A stretch of 40,308 nucleotides of DNA, taken from contig NC_057719.1 in NCBI RefSeq assembly GCF_004010195.1, positions 72,429,961 to 72,470,268 on the forward strand. Reading direction: 5' to 3'. Below are positions 12,401 through 21,915 of this stretch, piece after piece; the stretch's first letter is position 1; every line of letters begins with the position of its first letter. This stretch comes from Chiloscyllium plagiosum (taxonomy: Eukaryota). The position numbers and the translations under genes were made by a program. Below the pieces are notes generated by a model, which did not search any database, was not told the DNA's origin, and saw only the letters and a list, made by a program, of their open reading frames with translations.

Positions 12401-13295
12401 TATCTCCATCGAGCCTTGCACTTGCCTCCCTGCTGCTGAGGATGTTGCCCCTCCCTGCCAATCTAGCTTAACCCCTTTTGTAATACCAGCAAATCTGCCT
12501 GCCAGGATATTGGTCCCCTTCCAGTTCAAGTGCAACCCATTCCTCTTAAACAGGTGACCTCTGCCCCAGAAAACATCCCAATGATCTAAAAATCTGAATC
12601 CCGCCGCCCACACTGATTCTTTAGCCACACTTTCATCTCCCATTTCCTCCTGTTCTTACCCTCATTAGCACATGGCACTGGACGTAATCTGGCAGTTACC
12701 ACCATCGAGGTCCTGGTTTTCAACATTTTTCCCAGCTCTCTATAGTCCATCTGAGGGACCTCATCCCTGTTTCAACTGATGTCATTTGTGCCAATGCGCA
12801 CAATGTCTTCTGGCTGCTCACCCTCCTCATTGGGAATGTTCTGCAGCCGTTCTGAGGGACATCCTGGACCCTGGCTACTGGAAAGCAACACACCATCTGG
12901 ATTCCTGTTTGCTGCCACAGAATCTCCTGTCTGTCCCCCTAACTACTGAGTCTCCTCACTAAGGTCCTGTTTACCTTTACTCTTTCCCGCTGTTCCCCAG
13001 AGTCAGTCGTAGTACCACAACCTGGCTACTGCTACTTTCCCCGAGCAATCACCCTCCCAACAGAATATCAAAACAGAATACTTGTTTTCAAAGGGAAGAG
13101 CCATAGGGGATTCCTGTACTCTCTGCCTACTCCCTTTACCTTTCCTGGTGGTCACCCAGCTACTCTCTGCCTGCACCTTAGGTGTGACCATCTCACTAAA
13201 ACTCTCATCTGTGAAACGCTCAGCATTTTGGATGATCCTGAGGGCATCCAGCTCTAGCTTCAGCTTCCTAACACAGTGTCCCAGGAGCTGCAGGG
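9407..13295 (-). mobile_element. Near full-length decayed CR1 LINE (ORF1 with SGNH-esterase domain; ORF2 endonuclease and RT)
   Basis: Colinear fragments: ORF1 N-part (13003-13290), esterase GFRFLDHW...GLHLNWKGTNILAGRF (12377-12643), endonuclease (12051-12272, 11747-12082 YYRPPNS, GNFNFPNIDW), RT (10476-10835 [11 protein letters not shown]) and tail atagagtcatag at 9407. Many frameshifts. Confidence 0.92.
9932..10113. mobile_element. Tc1/mariner-pogo-type MITE (~182 bp) inside the CR1
   Basis: Imperfect ~22-bp TIRs (tattcagttctgcgataacacg / cgtgttatatcaaaactgactg) with TA duplicated at 9930-9931 and 10114-10115. Removing it restores the CR1 sequence aactgaacacaaTActccaagtgcggcct. Confidence 0.8.
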
Positions 13296-14696
13296 GGAAA
13301 GAAGTTTTTCAGCATTACAGATTAAAGCACTGGAAATGCAAAACTGAGCAATTGCACTTTCCCTTCCAGAGCAAGGCTGTAATGACTGCTTGTGTTCATA
13401 GTTCCATTGCAGAATGGTGTCTTGGATTCTGGAATGAAAAAGATTGGGACTAAAATCTAAAAAATATGCAGAAGCGCAAAGTAATTTTTGTGCTGGAAAT
13501 GCATAGCCTACACATGATTTTGAAACACTATAAATGTGTTGCTTATGAAAAATCAAAACATCAAATCCCTCTTTATCCTATTTGATCTTCATAATATTGG
13601 CATCTCTTTGCATGGAACCCATTTCTGCATCTTTCAGCCTGCTGTTCTGTTGTTTTTTCTTTGTCTCTGTGTCTGCTTCTGTGGCTTTATATTCTTTTGG
13701 TTGTGAGATATTGGGTAGTTTGACTAGGAACGAAGGTGTTTGTTTAGGGGAATAAGTCACATTTCATGGGGGTCCTGAAAGCAATCTGAAATGGGTGAAA
13801 TCTGAAGTTTTAAAATGTGAAATAAAAATCAAATGATGACCACAAAACCATTGTTCATTATCATAAAACCTCATCTTGTTCACTAATATCCTTTAGAAAA
13901 GAAAATTGCCATCCTTACCTGGTCTGGCCTACAGAGACAAAGAAAGACCAACAGACCCACAGCATTGTGGTTGATTCTTAACAGCCCCCAGGGCAATTGG
14001 GGATGGGCAATGATAGCTGGCTTAGCCAGTGCTGCACACATCCCGTGAATGAATTTTTAAAAAGTGACTCCAGACCAAAGCAATGTGGTCAACTCTTAAC
14101 TGTCCCTGAAATAGCCAAAACAGCCAATCGGTTCATTCACAACAAATACTGGCCTGGCCAGAGACACCCACATCCAGTATGAGAATAAGTCTTAAAATCT
14201 CCCTTCATTTCAATGCAATAGCTCACTCTGCTTTAAACGTGTCCCAATACCCCCTTGACCACCCCAATCTGTCCAGTGAGGTGAAAATAAGCATCCTTCC
14301 TATTGTACATAATAGAGTGAAATAATCTGTTTTAAAATTGTTATTTTGGCTGTTTTAGCAATTAATATACCTCTGAAATGTAAGTAGGTCCACTCATTTT
14401 CCTTATTAGATATATAGAGAACCATTGAATAGTTTCAGCACAGAAAGAATCCTTCCAGCCGATTGTGCCTTTGTAACTATTGTAGAAAGAAAATCTTACA
14501 CCCATATTTTTGAATTAATTGATAAGTACCAATAACTCAAAATTCCATGATGTTTAAGAGTAATTGCTTGCATAAAGTATTTTTTCAGTATCTGAGTTTT
14601 GATAAAAATTATTTGTGAATAAGAAAAAAAAATCACTAATATTCCTGATTAATAACTTGCAATAGGTATTATGAATGTTCATTTGATCTATTACAG

Positions 14697-14920
14697 ATCG
14701 CTTGTATGGCACATGTGAGATCGATTGGATACAGGCAGCAGTCTCTATTGCCTACAAATCCTATGTTATCGGTATATTTCTCTGCTGTTTCTTCTTCCCT
14801 GTTTCAGTCATGATTTTCTCATATGTGTCCATAATAAAAATGATTAGATCCAGTCACAAATGTGTCAGAAGAGGAGAGATCAGTGAACACCAGCGTCATA
14901 TTGAACGAGAAGTGACACGG
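14697..14920 (+). CDS. Same opsin, coding exon (ECL2-TM5-ICL3)
   Basis: ttacag| acceptor and CGG|gtaaga donor; phase 1/0. Translates (D)RLYGTCEIDWIQAAVSIAYKSYVIGIFLCCFFFPVSVMIFSYVSII...EREVTR. In frame with both neighbouring exons. Confidence 0.95.
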
Positions 14921-14981
14921 GTAAGAGTTGTCATGAAGACAAATTAATAGAGAAGAATGTGTACATAGGATAAGAGATAAA

Positions 14982-15084
14982 TTTAAATGTCACACACACC
15001 AGGTTAAAGTCCAACAGTGTATTTGGAAGTAATAGCTTTCGGAGCGCTTTGTCCATCCCAGTCCAACACCGGCAACTCCACATC
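14982..15084. mobile_element. Short Penelope-like pLTR insertion (second family) with inversion and truncated hammerhead
   Basis: Degenerate 16-bp TSD taggataagagataaa / tagggtaagagttaaa (14966-14981, 15085-15100). Left part is homologous to 19028-19115 and keeps only GCGCUCC-GAAA-GCUA on the minus strand. Confidence 0.75.
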
Positions 15085-16139
15085 TAGGGTAAGAGTTAAA
15101 CAAGGTAAGCAGCAAAGAGGTTGATAATGACGGGTTAATATTAAAATGACTTGGATAAGAAAAGAATGCAAGAAGATCAGAACATTCATGCAAGAACATA
15201 GGTACAGGAGCAACAATTAGCTATTGAGCTCCTCAAGCCTGCTCCATCTTTCGATAATATCATGGCTGATCTGGTTGTTATCTTAAACTTACTTTCCTAT
15301 CTGCTACTCATAACGTTTGACTTCTTTGCAGTTCAAAAGGTTGTCTAATACAATATTTAATATATTCAATGTGGTAGAGAATTCCAAACTTGTGAGAGAT
15401 GAAATTCCCCCTCGGCTCCATCTTAAATGAAGCCTTATTTGAAATTGTGACTCCTACTTCTAGATTCTCTCATGAAGGAAAAACATCCACTCAGTGTTTG
15501 AACTGTTAAATCCCTCCGGAATTAACCTAATTAACTTTCTCCGACTGCTACCAGTGCAAATGCAACTGTGAGATGAGAGTGGAATTTATGTAACAAATAA
15601 TATTTGGAATTCCAAACAAAAGTTAATTTCTAGTGATGTTAAAAGTAATGGAAACAAAGTAAATCCTCAAATAAGAATGTTTAGGAAAAGAGTTGGGTTT
15701 GAAATCTTAGCTGATTTTATTTGTTTGCCCTACCCAAAGGGATTAAAGCCGATTATAAATACCTTGATTGCCATACTGAAATCAGCATTACTGCTGGTTC
15801 ATACCTGTATCACCCAATTACTCAGCGAACATGCAGATTTTTTTTTTCAAACCAACTGCTGATACATGTCATGCTACACCGCTAGAGGAGGTGAAACTTG
15901 TACCCAGGTCTTCTAAGTTAAAGGTAGAGACACTATTACTGTGCCACACAGCACCTCTCAGTGAATTGGTATGATGAGTAGCTGAATGGTATTGATCAGA
16001 ATGGTTTCTGATTTGATGAATTATCTGTTTTAAGATCAACAGCCAGGATTGTCTTGTGGTTGCTGCTACAGGCCTTCAGGTTTTTGATTCAGTAATGCTC
16101 CCTCCTTCCTGTAACTCAGCACCAATTACAATCATACCG

Positions 16140-16570
16140 TCATATTATTGGGTTACTGATTTTCTTGATCTGTGTTAAAGACCTAGACTTGGGGATCTGG
16201 TAGCAATTTCAAAATTTGTTAATGACATGAAACTTGAAAATATTGTGATCTGTGAACTGATATAGACCTGAATAAGACATAGACTTCAACAGACGCATGG
16301 GAATTAAATTTAATGTAGAGAAGTATGAAGCAATATGCTTTGGAAGGAAGAACAGACTGTTCCATGTGGGTAGGGGAGGGGGTGGATGTTGGAGATGTGC
16401 GTGTGTGTTTAAGGAAGTCATTGAGGTAGATAGGCTGTTGTGTTTTATAAAGAGAGACAGAATCCAGAAAGTATGGTGAAACTTTATAAAACACTAGGCT
16501 TATCCTCACCTGGACTATTATGTCAAATTCTGGGGACCACATCTTAAAGGATAGAAATAGCACTCAAAAT
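16140..16570 (+). mobile_element. Old CR1 RT fragment
   Basis: Decayed motifs ISKFVNDMKL, IKFNVEKYEAICFG and YKTLGLS..LDYYVKFWGPHL-like segments. Confidence 0.7.
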
Positions 16571-16900
16571 GCACAGGAGTGATCGGCAACTTTATTCCCA
16601 AAACCCCTAAAGTACCCAGGAAAGGTCACTCTAGGCACCCAATCAGTGCAAAGTGAGATAGACAAAGTCTATAAGGAACTGCTCTTCCAATTACACATTA
16701 TGTCTCGCACATGCTTTTCCAATCACAAGGTGTTTCTCTTCCACGTTGAGCTAATGTGGGAGAGAACATGCAACTTCATGCAAGGGAAAGGTTTTACATT
16801 AAATATCTTTCACATTAGAACAGCCTCTACCAATTAATTCAATTAGAGCCCAGTTAACTGGAAAGCATAACATGATGTTTGAATTTATGCCACTAATTGT

Positions 16901-17226
16901 GGGCGGCACGGTGGCACAGTGGTTAGCACTGTTGCCTCACAGTGCCAGAGACCCGGGTTCAATTCCCGCCTCAGGTGACTGACTGTGTGGAGTTTGCACG
17001 TTCTCCCCGTGTTTGCGTGGGTTTCCTCCGGGTGCTCCGGTTTCCTCCCACAATCCAAAAAATGTGCAGGTTAGGCAAATTGGCCATGCTAAATTGCCCG
17101 TAGTATTAGGTGAAGGGGTAAATGTAGGGGAATGGGTCTGGGTGGGTTACGCTTCGGTGGGTCGGTGTGGACTTGTTGGGCCGAAGGGCCTGTTTCCACA
17201 CTGTAAGTAATCTAATCTAATCTAAT
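16901..17226 (+). mobile_element. Full-length HE1-type SINE
   Basis: A-box TGGCACAGTGG, B-box GGTTCAATTCC, central domain and (TAATC)n tail. Confidence 0.92.
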
Positions 17227-17435
17227 ATCATCAATTTTATTTATCATTCAAATATTATATACAACAAACCAACTGTGACTTACATAGTAAATTACAGTTC
17301 AAATTTGATAATGTTAATCTAAATGAATTAAGTGATCCACGCTACAGCATCAAAATTTACAAATTGAAATAGCAATACAATACAAGTCTTTGTTTTTGCC
17401 TGCTATTATAGCAGCTGGTGTGCTTTATTTTACAG

Positions 17436-17870
17436 GTGTCTTTTGTTATCTGTACAGCCTTTATTCTGGCTTGGTCCCCCTATGCAGTCATTTCCATGTG
17501 GTCAGCCTGTGGTTACAGTGCACCAGCTATCACCAGTGTCCTCGCCTGTCTCATCGCCAAATCTGCCAGCTTCTACAACCCCATCATTTATTTTGGCATG
17601 AGCCCCAAGTTCCGCAAGGAGGTGGAAGCTCTCTTCCATTGCCGGCAAGAAAAGAATAATGAAAGCTTTGTGAAACCTGAGAACCAGTCCAATGTGAGGA
17701 GCAAACTGGTAATTAGAAATCAGGCTGACAAGTACCAGAAATCTCTTCCTACAGCTAACATCCCGGAATGGAATGCAGACTTGGACAATATTGCACCCAT
17801 CATAACTGTATCCTCTAATTTAGAAAAGAAACAGGCACCAGGACAGGAAGGTGAATCAGAACACCTTTAA
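17436..17870 (+). CDS. Same opsin, terminal coding exon (TM6-TM7-C-tail); best guess opn6/Opn5L-type rather than Opn5m
   Basis: ttttacag|GTG acceptor. Translates VSFVICTAFILAWSPYAVISMWSA...LIAKSASFYNPIIYFGMSPKFR with the retinal-binding Lys (codon 17559-17561), NPxxY and helix-8 FR; TAA stop ends at 17870. Subfamily is from recall and needs a phylogeny. Confidence 0.95.
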   Translation: MSFVICTAFILAWSPYAVISMWSACGYSAPAITSVLACLIAKSASFYNPIIYFGMSPKFRKEVEALFHCRQEKNNESFVKPENQSNVRSKLVIRNQADKYQKSLPTANIPEWNADLDNIAPIITVSSNLEKKQAPGQEGESEHL

Positions 17871-18004
17871 TTCTGGGTAATTGCAGTTTCAGTCCCAGCT
17901 TGATTTTATAACCAGTGTACAATTATTTATTTGTATGGCGATTTATGGTTTATTAAAGCATTCTTGTTTAATATTAATATTGGTTTTCAATTCTGTGTCT
18001 GTGT

Positions 18005-18010
18005 AATAAA
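18005..18010 (+). terminator. Candidate polyadenylation signal of the opsin
   Basis: AATAAA about 135 nt after the stop in an AT-rich 3' region; a variant ATTAAA lies at 17952-17957. Later AATAAA sites cannot be excluded. Confidence 0.45.
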
Positions 18011-19027
18011 CTTCATTTTGGATAATGTGACTAATTATTGGTAATAGTTGAAATCAGTTCTTTTGATCATCAAAAACTTTAATATAGCAAAAGTCAAAAC
18101 CCTTTACTTCTATGGCTATTTCATATTTAAGAGAAAGCACAAAGACTGTTAACTTTAGAATTTTGTTTGTCACTTAATCACTGCTTTTCAGAAAGTGGTG
18201 TATTGTGAAAAATGCGTAGAATATTGTTTATTTTTGTTAGTTTTAGTATGGCTTTTGAAAAGCAAATTTCTTCTCAGTAGCGTACTTGATGTTGTATTTG
18301 TCCAGCTTATTATGCTTTAATTTTATTTAGAAAAACCTTTTTACAAATGTAGTACTGATATGGCTTTCAATTGGATTACCGCACTCATTCAAACAATGTA
18401 CTCAGACTATATCATGAAAATAAAACAATGTTAAATACAATATTTATCAGTATTTTCATGTTTAAGGTGTTTATGAAAGTATACATCCCAATTGTGTTAA
18501 TACTTTACTGTGGAGGACTGGAGGTAGGGATAGGAATTCTAAATATAAACAATATCTTGTATATAAGAAATAATCAATTATTCAGTTGAAGAAAATTAAA
18601 CATATTCTGGGAAAAATTAATTTTTCAATAGAATTTGTGGCCTTCTTAAATTTTATCAAAACAATCTCAATATTTCTTCTTCAGAAAGCATCACTTGAAA
18701 ACTTAAGGGGGAAGTTTTTTGTTCAAACAGGAACCATTCTATATATAAAATTTTTTTAAAAAATAGCAACCTTCATCTTTCAATCCATTTTTGCTCACAA
18801 ACATTTTGTTTGGGGTGTTGGCAGGGATGCACTATAAAAGGGATTCCCTCGAGCAAACAGGATCAATATGACATATTGTTCAGAGCAACCACTCCCACCA
18901 GCTAAATCAAATACCAGCTATTTATATGTAGCTTTTAATGTACCATGATGCTCAAAGCTGATGTTAACTTAGAGTTCTCCCCTACTCATAGCTGTGATCT
19001 GATATGATTGTATTTTCACAATAAAGT

Positions 19028-19115
19028 TAAAAAACATACAACACCAGGTTATTGTCCAACAGGTTGATTTGGAAGCACTAGCTTTCGGAGCGCTGCTCCT
19101 TCATCAGGTTTAGTG
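19028..19115 (-). mobile_element. 88-bp solo Penelope-like pLTR fragment consisting mostly of a hammerhead ribozyme
   Basis: Perfect 12-bp direct repeat TCACAATAAAGT at 19016-19027 and 19116-19127. Confidence 0.85.
19076..19110 (-). ncRNA. Minimal type-I hammerhead ribozyme motif
   Basis: Minus strand reads AAC-CUGAUGA-A-GGAGC(AGC)GCUCC-GAAA-G-CUA-GUG: intact core, perfect stem II, palindromic AGCU, CUA cleavage triplet, short stem I. Confidence 0.75.
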
Positions 19116-19507
19116 TCACAATAAAGTATTGTCAGTAATTGAAATAATCTCTTTTGTTCATTCCGAACATTGGTTTATTTTGTCTAACTTTATTTCTATG
19201 AAATGCCTTAAGGCTATTGTTCTGATTTTTAAACATGTTGCGTAAATACAGGTTGACAGGTTTAATCCTGACTGACCAATGCACTAACTGCATATTATTG
19301 GACTGAATGGAAATATTAATGTAATGGGAGTGATTTGCTTGCTATGGCAACTTAATTTGTTAACTTGTTAAATTTCTAAACTAAACCCATTACCATTTTT
19401 CATCAAGAGGTTGGAATGTGAGACATCTGACAGTGCCTTCACAATACAGGGTCAGGATTGACGTCCAGCGAACTGAGGAAGTTACCCTGATCTGACATGT
19501 TCTGTCT

Positions 19508-19695
19508 GTGATTTTAATTTGGGTGATGTTCATATTGGGTAATTTTTCGGTCCTTGTGATTTCAGTTTGGGTGACTTTTCACTTCAGGCGATTTTTCAGA
19601 TTAGGTGATTTTCAGTTCTGGTGATTTCAGTCCAGGGGTGATTTCCAATTCTTATGACTTCAGATAATTGTCTGTTCAGGTGATTTTCAGTTCGG
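19508..19695. repeat. Degenerate minisatellite, about 12 units mostly of 15-17 bp, consensus GTGATTTTCAGTTYNG
   Basis: Units read directly, e.g. gtgatttcagtttgg, gtgacttttcacttcag, gcgatttttcagattag, gtgattttcagttctg, gtgatttcagtccaggg, gtgattttcagttcgg. Confidence 0.85.
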
Positions 19696-19859
19696 GTGGT
19701 GATAACTGCTCAGTCATTTTCCCACATCCCGCATGATTTTCTCGGATTCTGGCTGCTTTCCTGGGAACCGCTGGTTATCTGTTAGTGAAGATTTCCCACC
19801 ACCCTCACACACTACTTTACATAGTGTTGCCACTCGGTTTGTCCCCTTCATATTTGTAA

Positions 19860-20092
19860 AACCTAATTGTCGTCGGTGAGAGGAGTGATGAAAAACTCAG
19901 TCATTTGTAAGAAGTGCCCAACTGGAACGCGTCGGCGTGACGCAACCAGGAGTATTTAGGTGAATTGGGGAAGTTTGGGTTAAGCCTGAGTTTTGAGCCG
20001 GACACTGAATCCGAGAACTCAGAGATCCGAGAGCTCAGGGAGAAGGTCAGTGTGGGGCAACTGCAGACTGAGCGTGGAAACTTTCTACACAG
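19860..20092 (+). promoter_or_regulatory. Probable COCH promoter and non-coding first exon
   Basis: Local CpG enrichment (aacgcgtcggcgtgacgca, with a TGACG CRE half-site at 19938-19942) in a CpG-poor, TE-free stretch. Plausible donor CAG|gtattt after 20092, upstream of the ATG exon. Confidence 0.4.
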
Positions 20093-20665
20093 GTATTTAC
20101 TGGAGAGTGCTGCTTTCAGGGAATTCTGACTTATTGCTAACAAAAAGACCCGATTGAATTGTATCTTGCTATTCCGCGTGGACTCTGAATAAAGGGCAGG
20201 ATGGGGGGACATAGATCCAACAGTAAACGCTGCTGATTGTAACAAAACAAATCTGCAACAGTTGCTGTGAGTGATCATTAGATAGTAACCAAGCAACACT
20301 GGGACAGGGATTAAAATCTCTGCTGTGAAATGCGGACCTTTCTCACTGCTTTCATTTATCAATTGTCTAAAATGCCTAGAAGGTTACCTGAGTTTTTATT
20401 TTATTCTCCGGTGGTATCTGTTAAAATAAGAGTAAAAATAAACATTAGGTCCCATTCTGCTGGGACAGTGTAAGAAATTTCATCCGTTACCTTGCGAGCG
20501 TGTGAACTCCTATTGCGATAGTAAAATGTCTTGTTGAAGTTTTTTTTTGCTCAGACATTATCCTGTAGATTTGTTGCCTTGTTTCGGGCATGTTTGGCTA
20601 GCGGTGATGGATGCTTTGTATTTGACTGTAGCTTTGGGACTGAGAGACAGTGGGACGCTGTTACA

Positions 20666-20699
20666 ATGTCTGTCTTCAGCACGGCCATCCTTTCTCTCG
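20666..20699 (+). CDS. COCH: Cochlin, first coding exon (start of signal peptide)
   Basis: acaATG start, MSVFSTAILSL, then a strong G|gtaagt donor (phase 1). Candidate acceptors upstream at 20631 and 20650. Confidence 0.85.
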
Positions 20700-21356
20700 G
20701 TAAGTACCTTCTGTCAGTCTGGGCAAACAGTTGCAGTTCGGTCAGTCTAGGAACTGGCGGTTCAACCCCGTCCATTTAAGGGGAGCCTCTAAACTCTCCC
20801 TAATCCTGCCTGCAGACACCGGGAGACATGCGACAGGTTAGGGTATGCTGTATTTGAGGTCCGGAGTTCAGATATTACCCGAGTACAACCGTGTCCGGGA
20901 TGGAGAGAGTTGCCGAGCTATCCAGGCCCGCCCTATCTACTGTGTCTGGACTGTATGTCAAAGGGATGAAGCGACAGATGAAGAGAATAGGAGCGTCTCG
21001 GAGCCAGGAAAACCTGCAGCTGCAAATATCTTCAGGACAGCAATATACCTAAAACAAAGAATTGACACGACTCTCACAAAATGCAGTGTTCTGAAGTTTG
21101 GTGCAGGTTAAATCTAGAGTTATTTAATTCAAGTTACCACACCTCCAGTTGTTAGCACTAAACCTCAATTTGCGCTCTCGCAAAAAAAAACTGTTTATCA
21201 CCCATTTGTTTTACTGGAAAATGACCATATGTTTGATTAAATGCTTTACACAAGTTATCTGTTCTCATTCCTCTGACAGCTGTGACTGATTCTTGTATTT
21301 CTCTTTGAAAGTAATACTCTGGAATTACAAGATATTATTCATTTTGATGTGTGCAG

Positions 21357-21401
21357 GGATCTTAATATTCACTTCACCAGCAAACGGGGCCCAAGAATCA
21401 G
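21357..21401 (+). CDS. COCH: Cochlin, second coding exon (end of signal peptide)
   Basis: tgtgcag| acceptor and G|gtacg donor; 45 bp, phase 1/1. Translates (G)ILIFTSPANGAQES, completing a signal peptide with an ANG-A cleavage site. An in-frame upstream acceptor at 21311 is possible. Confidence 0.8.
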
Positions 21402-21758
21402 GTACGCTTTCTAAAATACAGTGACTCATCTGCATTATCTTTATCGACATATTCCATATGAAAGATTTCTGAAGCAATTTACTAGATATCATTTTTTTTG
21501 TTGGGCACAATATTGTGTTCTTACAGAGACCTCCCATACCAGATGTACACTTTCCTCAGTTACCTTATGTAATGTAAATGTATATTTATTAAGTATCCTT
21601 AATCAATGCGACAGGGACAATTGATGCCACCTTGTAAAACAGTTATCGTTTTGTGTCAATATGTTGAGATTTGAGTTTTTAATTGCTGAAGAGATATCTA
21701 TCAGTCATGGTCCTGTGATATTTATTACAAATTGTGTATCTATGTTTTATTTTTCAAG

Positions 21759-21915
21759 TGCCCATGTCAATCAACTGTACCACCAGAGGTGCTTACTATA
21801 AGGAGAATCAGGTGGATGTGCTGTGCCCACCACATTGCGATTACACCCAGCTATCGGTCTGGGGATCTGGAGTATATGCCTCAGTCTCCAGTATCTGCGC
21901 AGCTGCAGTTCACAG
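21759..21915 (+). CDS. COCH: Cochlin, third coding exon (N-terminal half of LCCL domain)
   Basis: ttttcaag| acceptor and AG|gtgag donor; 157 bp. Translates (V)PMSINCTTRGAYYKENQVDVLCPPHCDYTQLSVWGSGVYASVSSICAAAVHR, colinear with the cochlin LCCL motifs CxTRG, DVLCP and VYASVSSICxAAVHR. No further COCH exon found in the window. Confidence 0.92.

Noticed and set aside
16901..16975. tRNA gene
   Set aside because: A- and B-boxes belong to the SINE head; the sequence continues into the SINE body and no full cloverleaf is evident.
19508..19695. Possible CRISPR-like array
   Set aside because: Units are contiguous and degenerate with no unique spacers, there are no cas genes, and the context is vertebrate. 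It is a minisatellite.
19901..20362. 153-aa minus-strand ORF over the COCH promoter
   Set aside because: No recognisable domain, no clear ATG start and no splice support; probably a chance ORF in GC-richer sequence.
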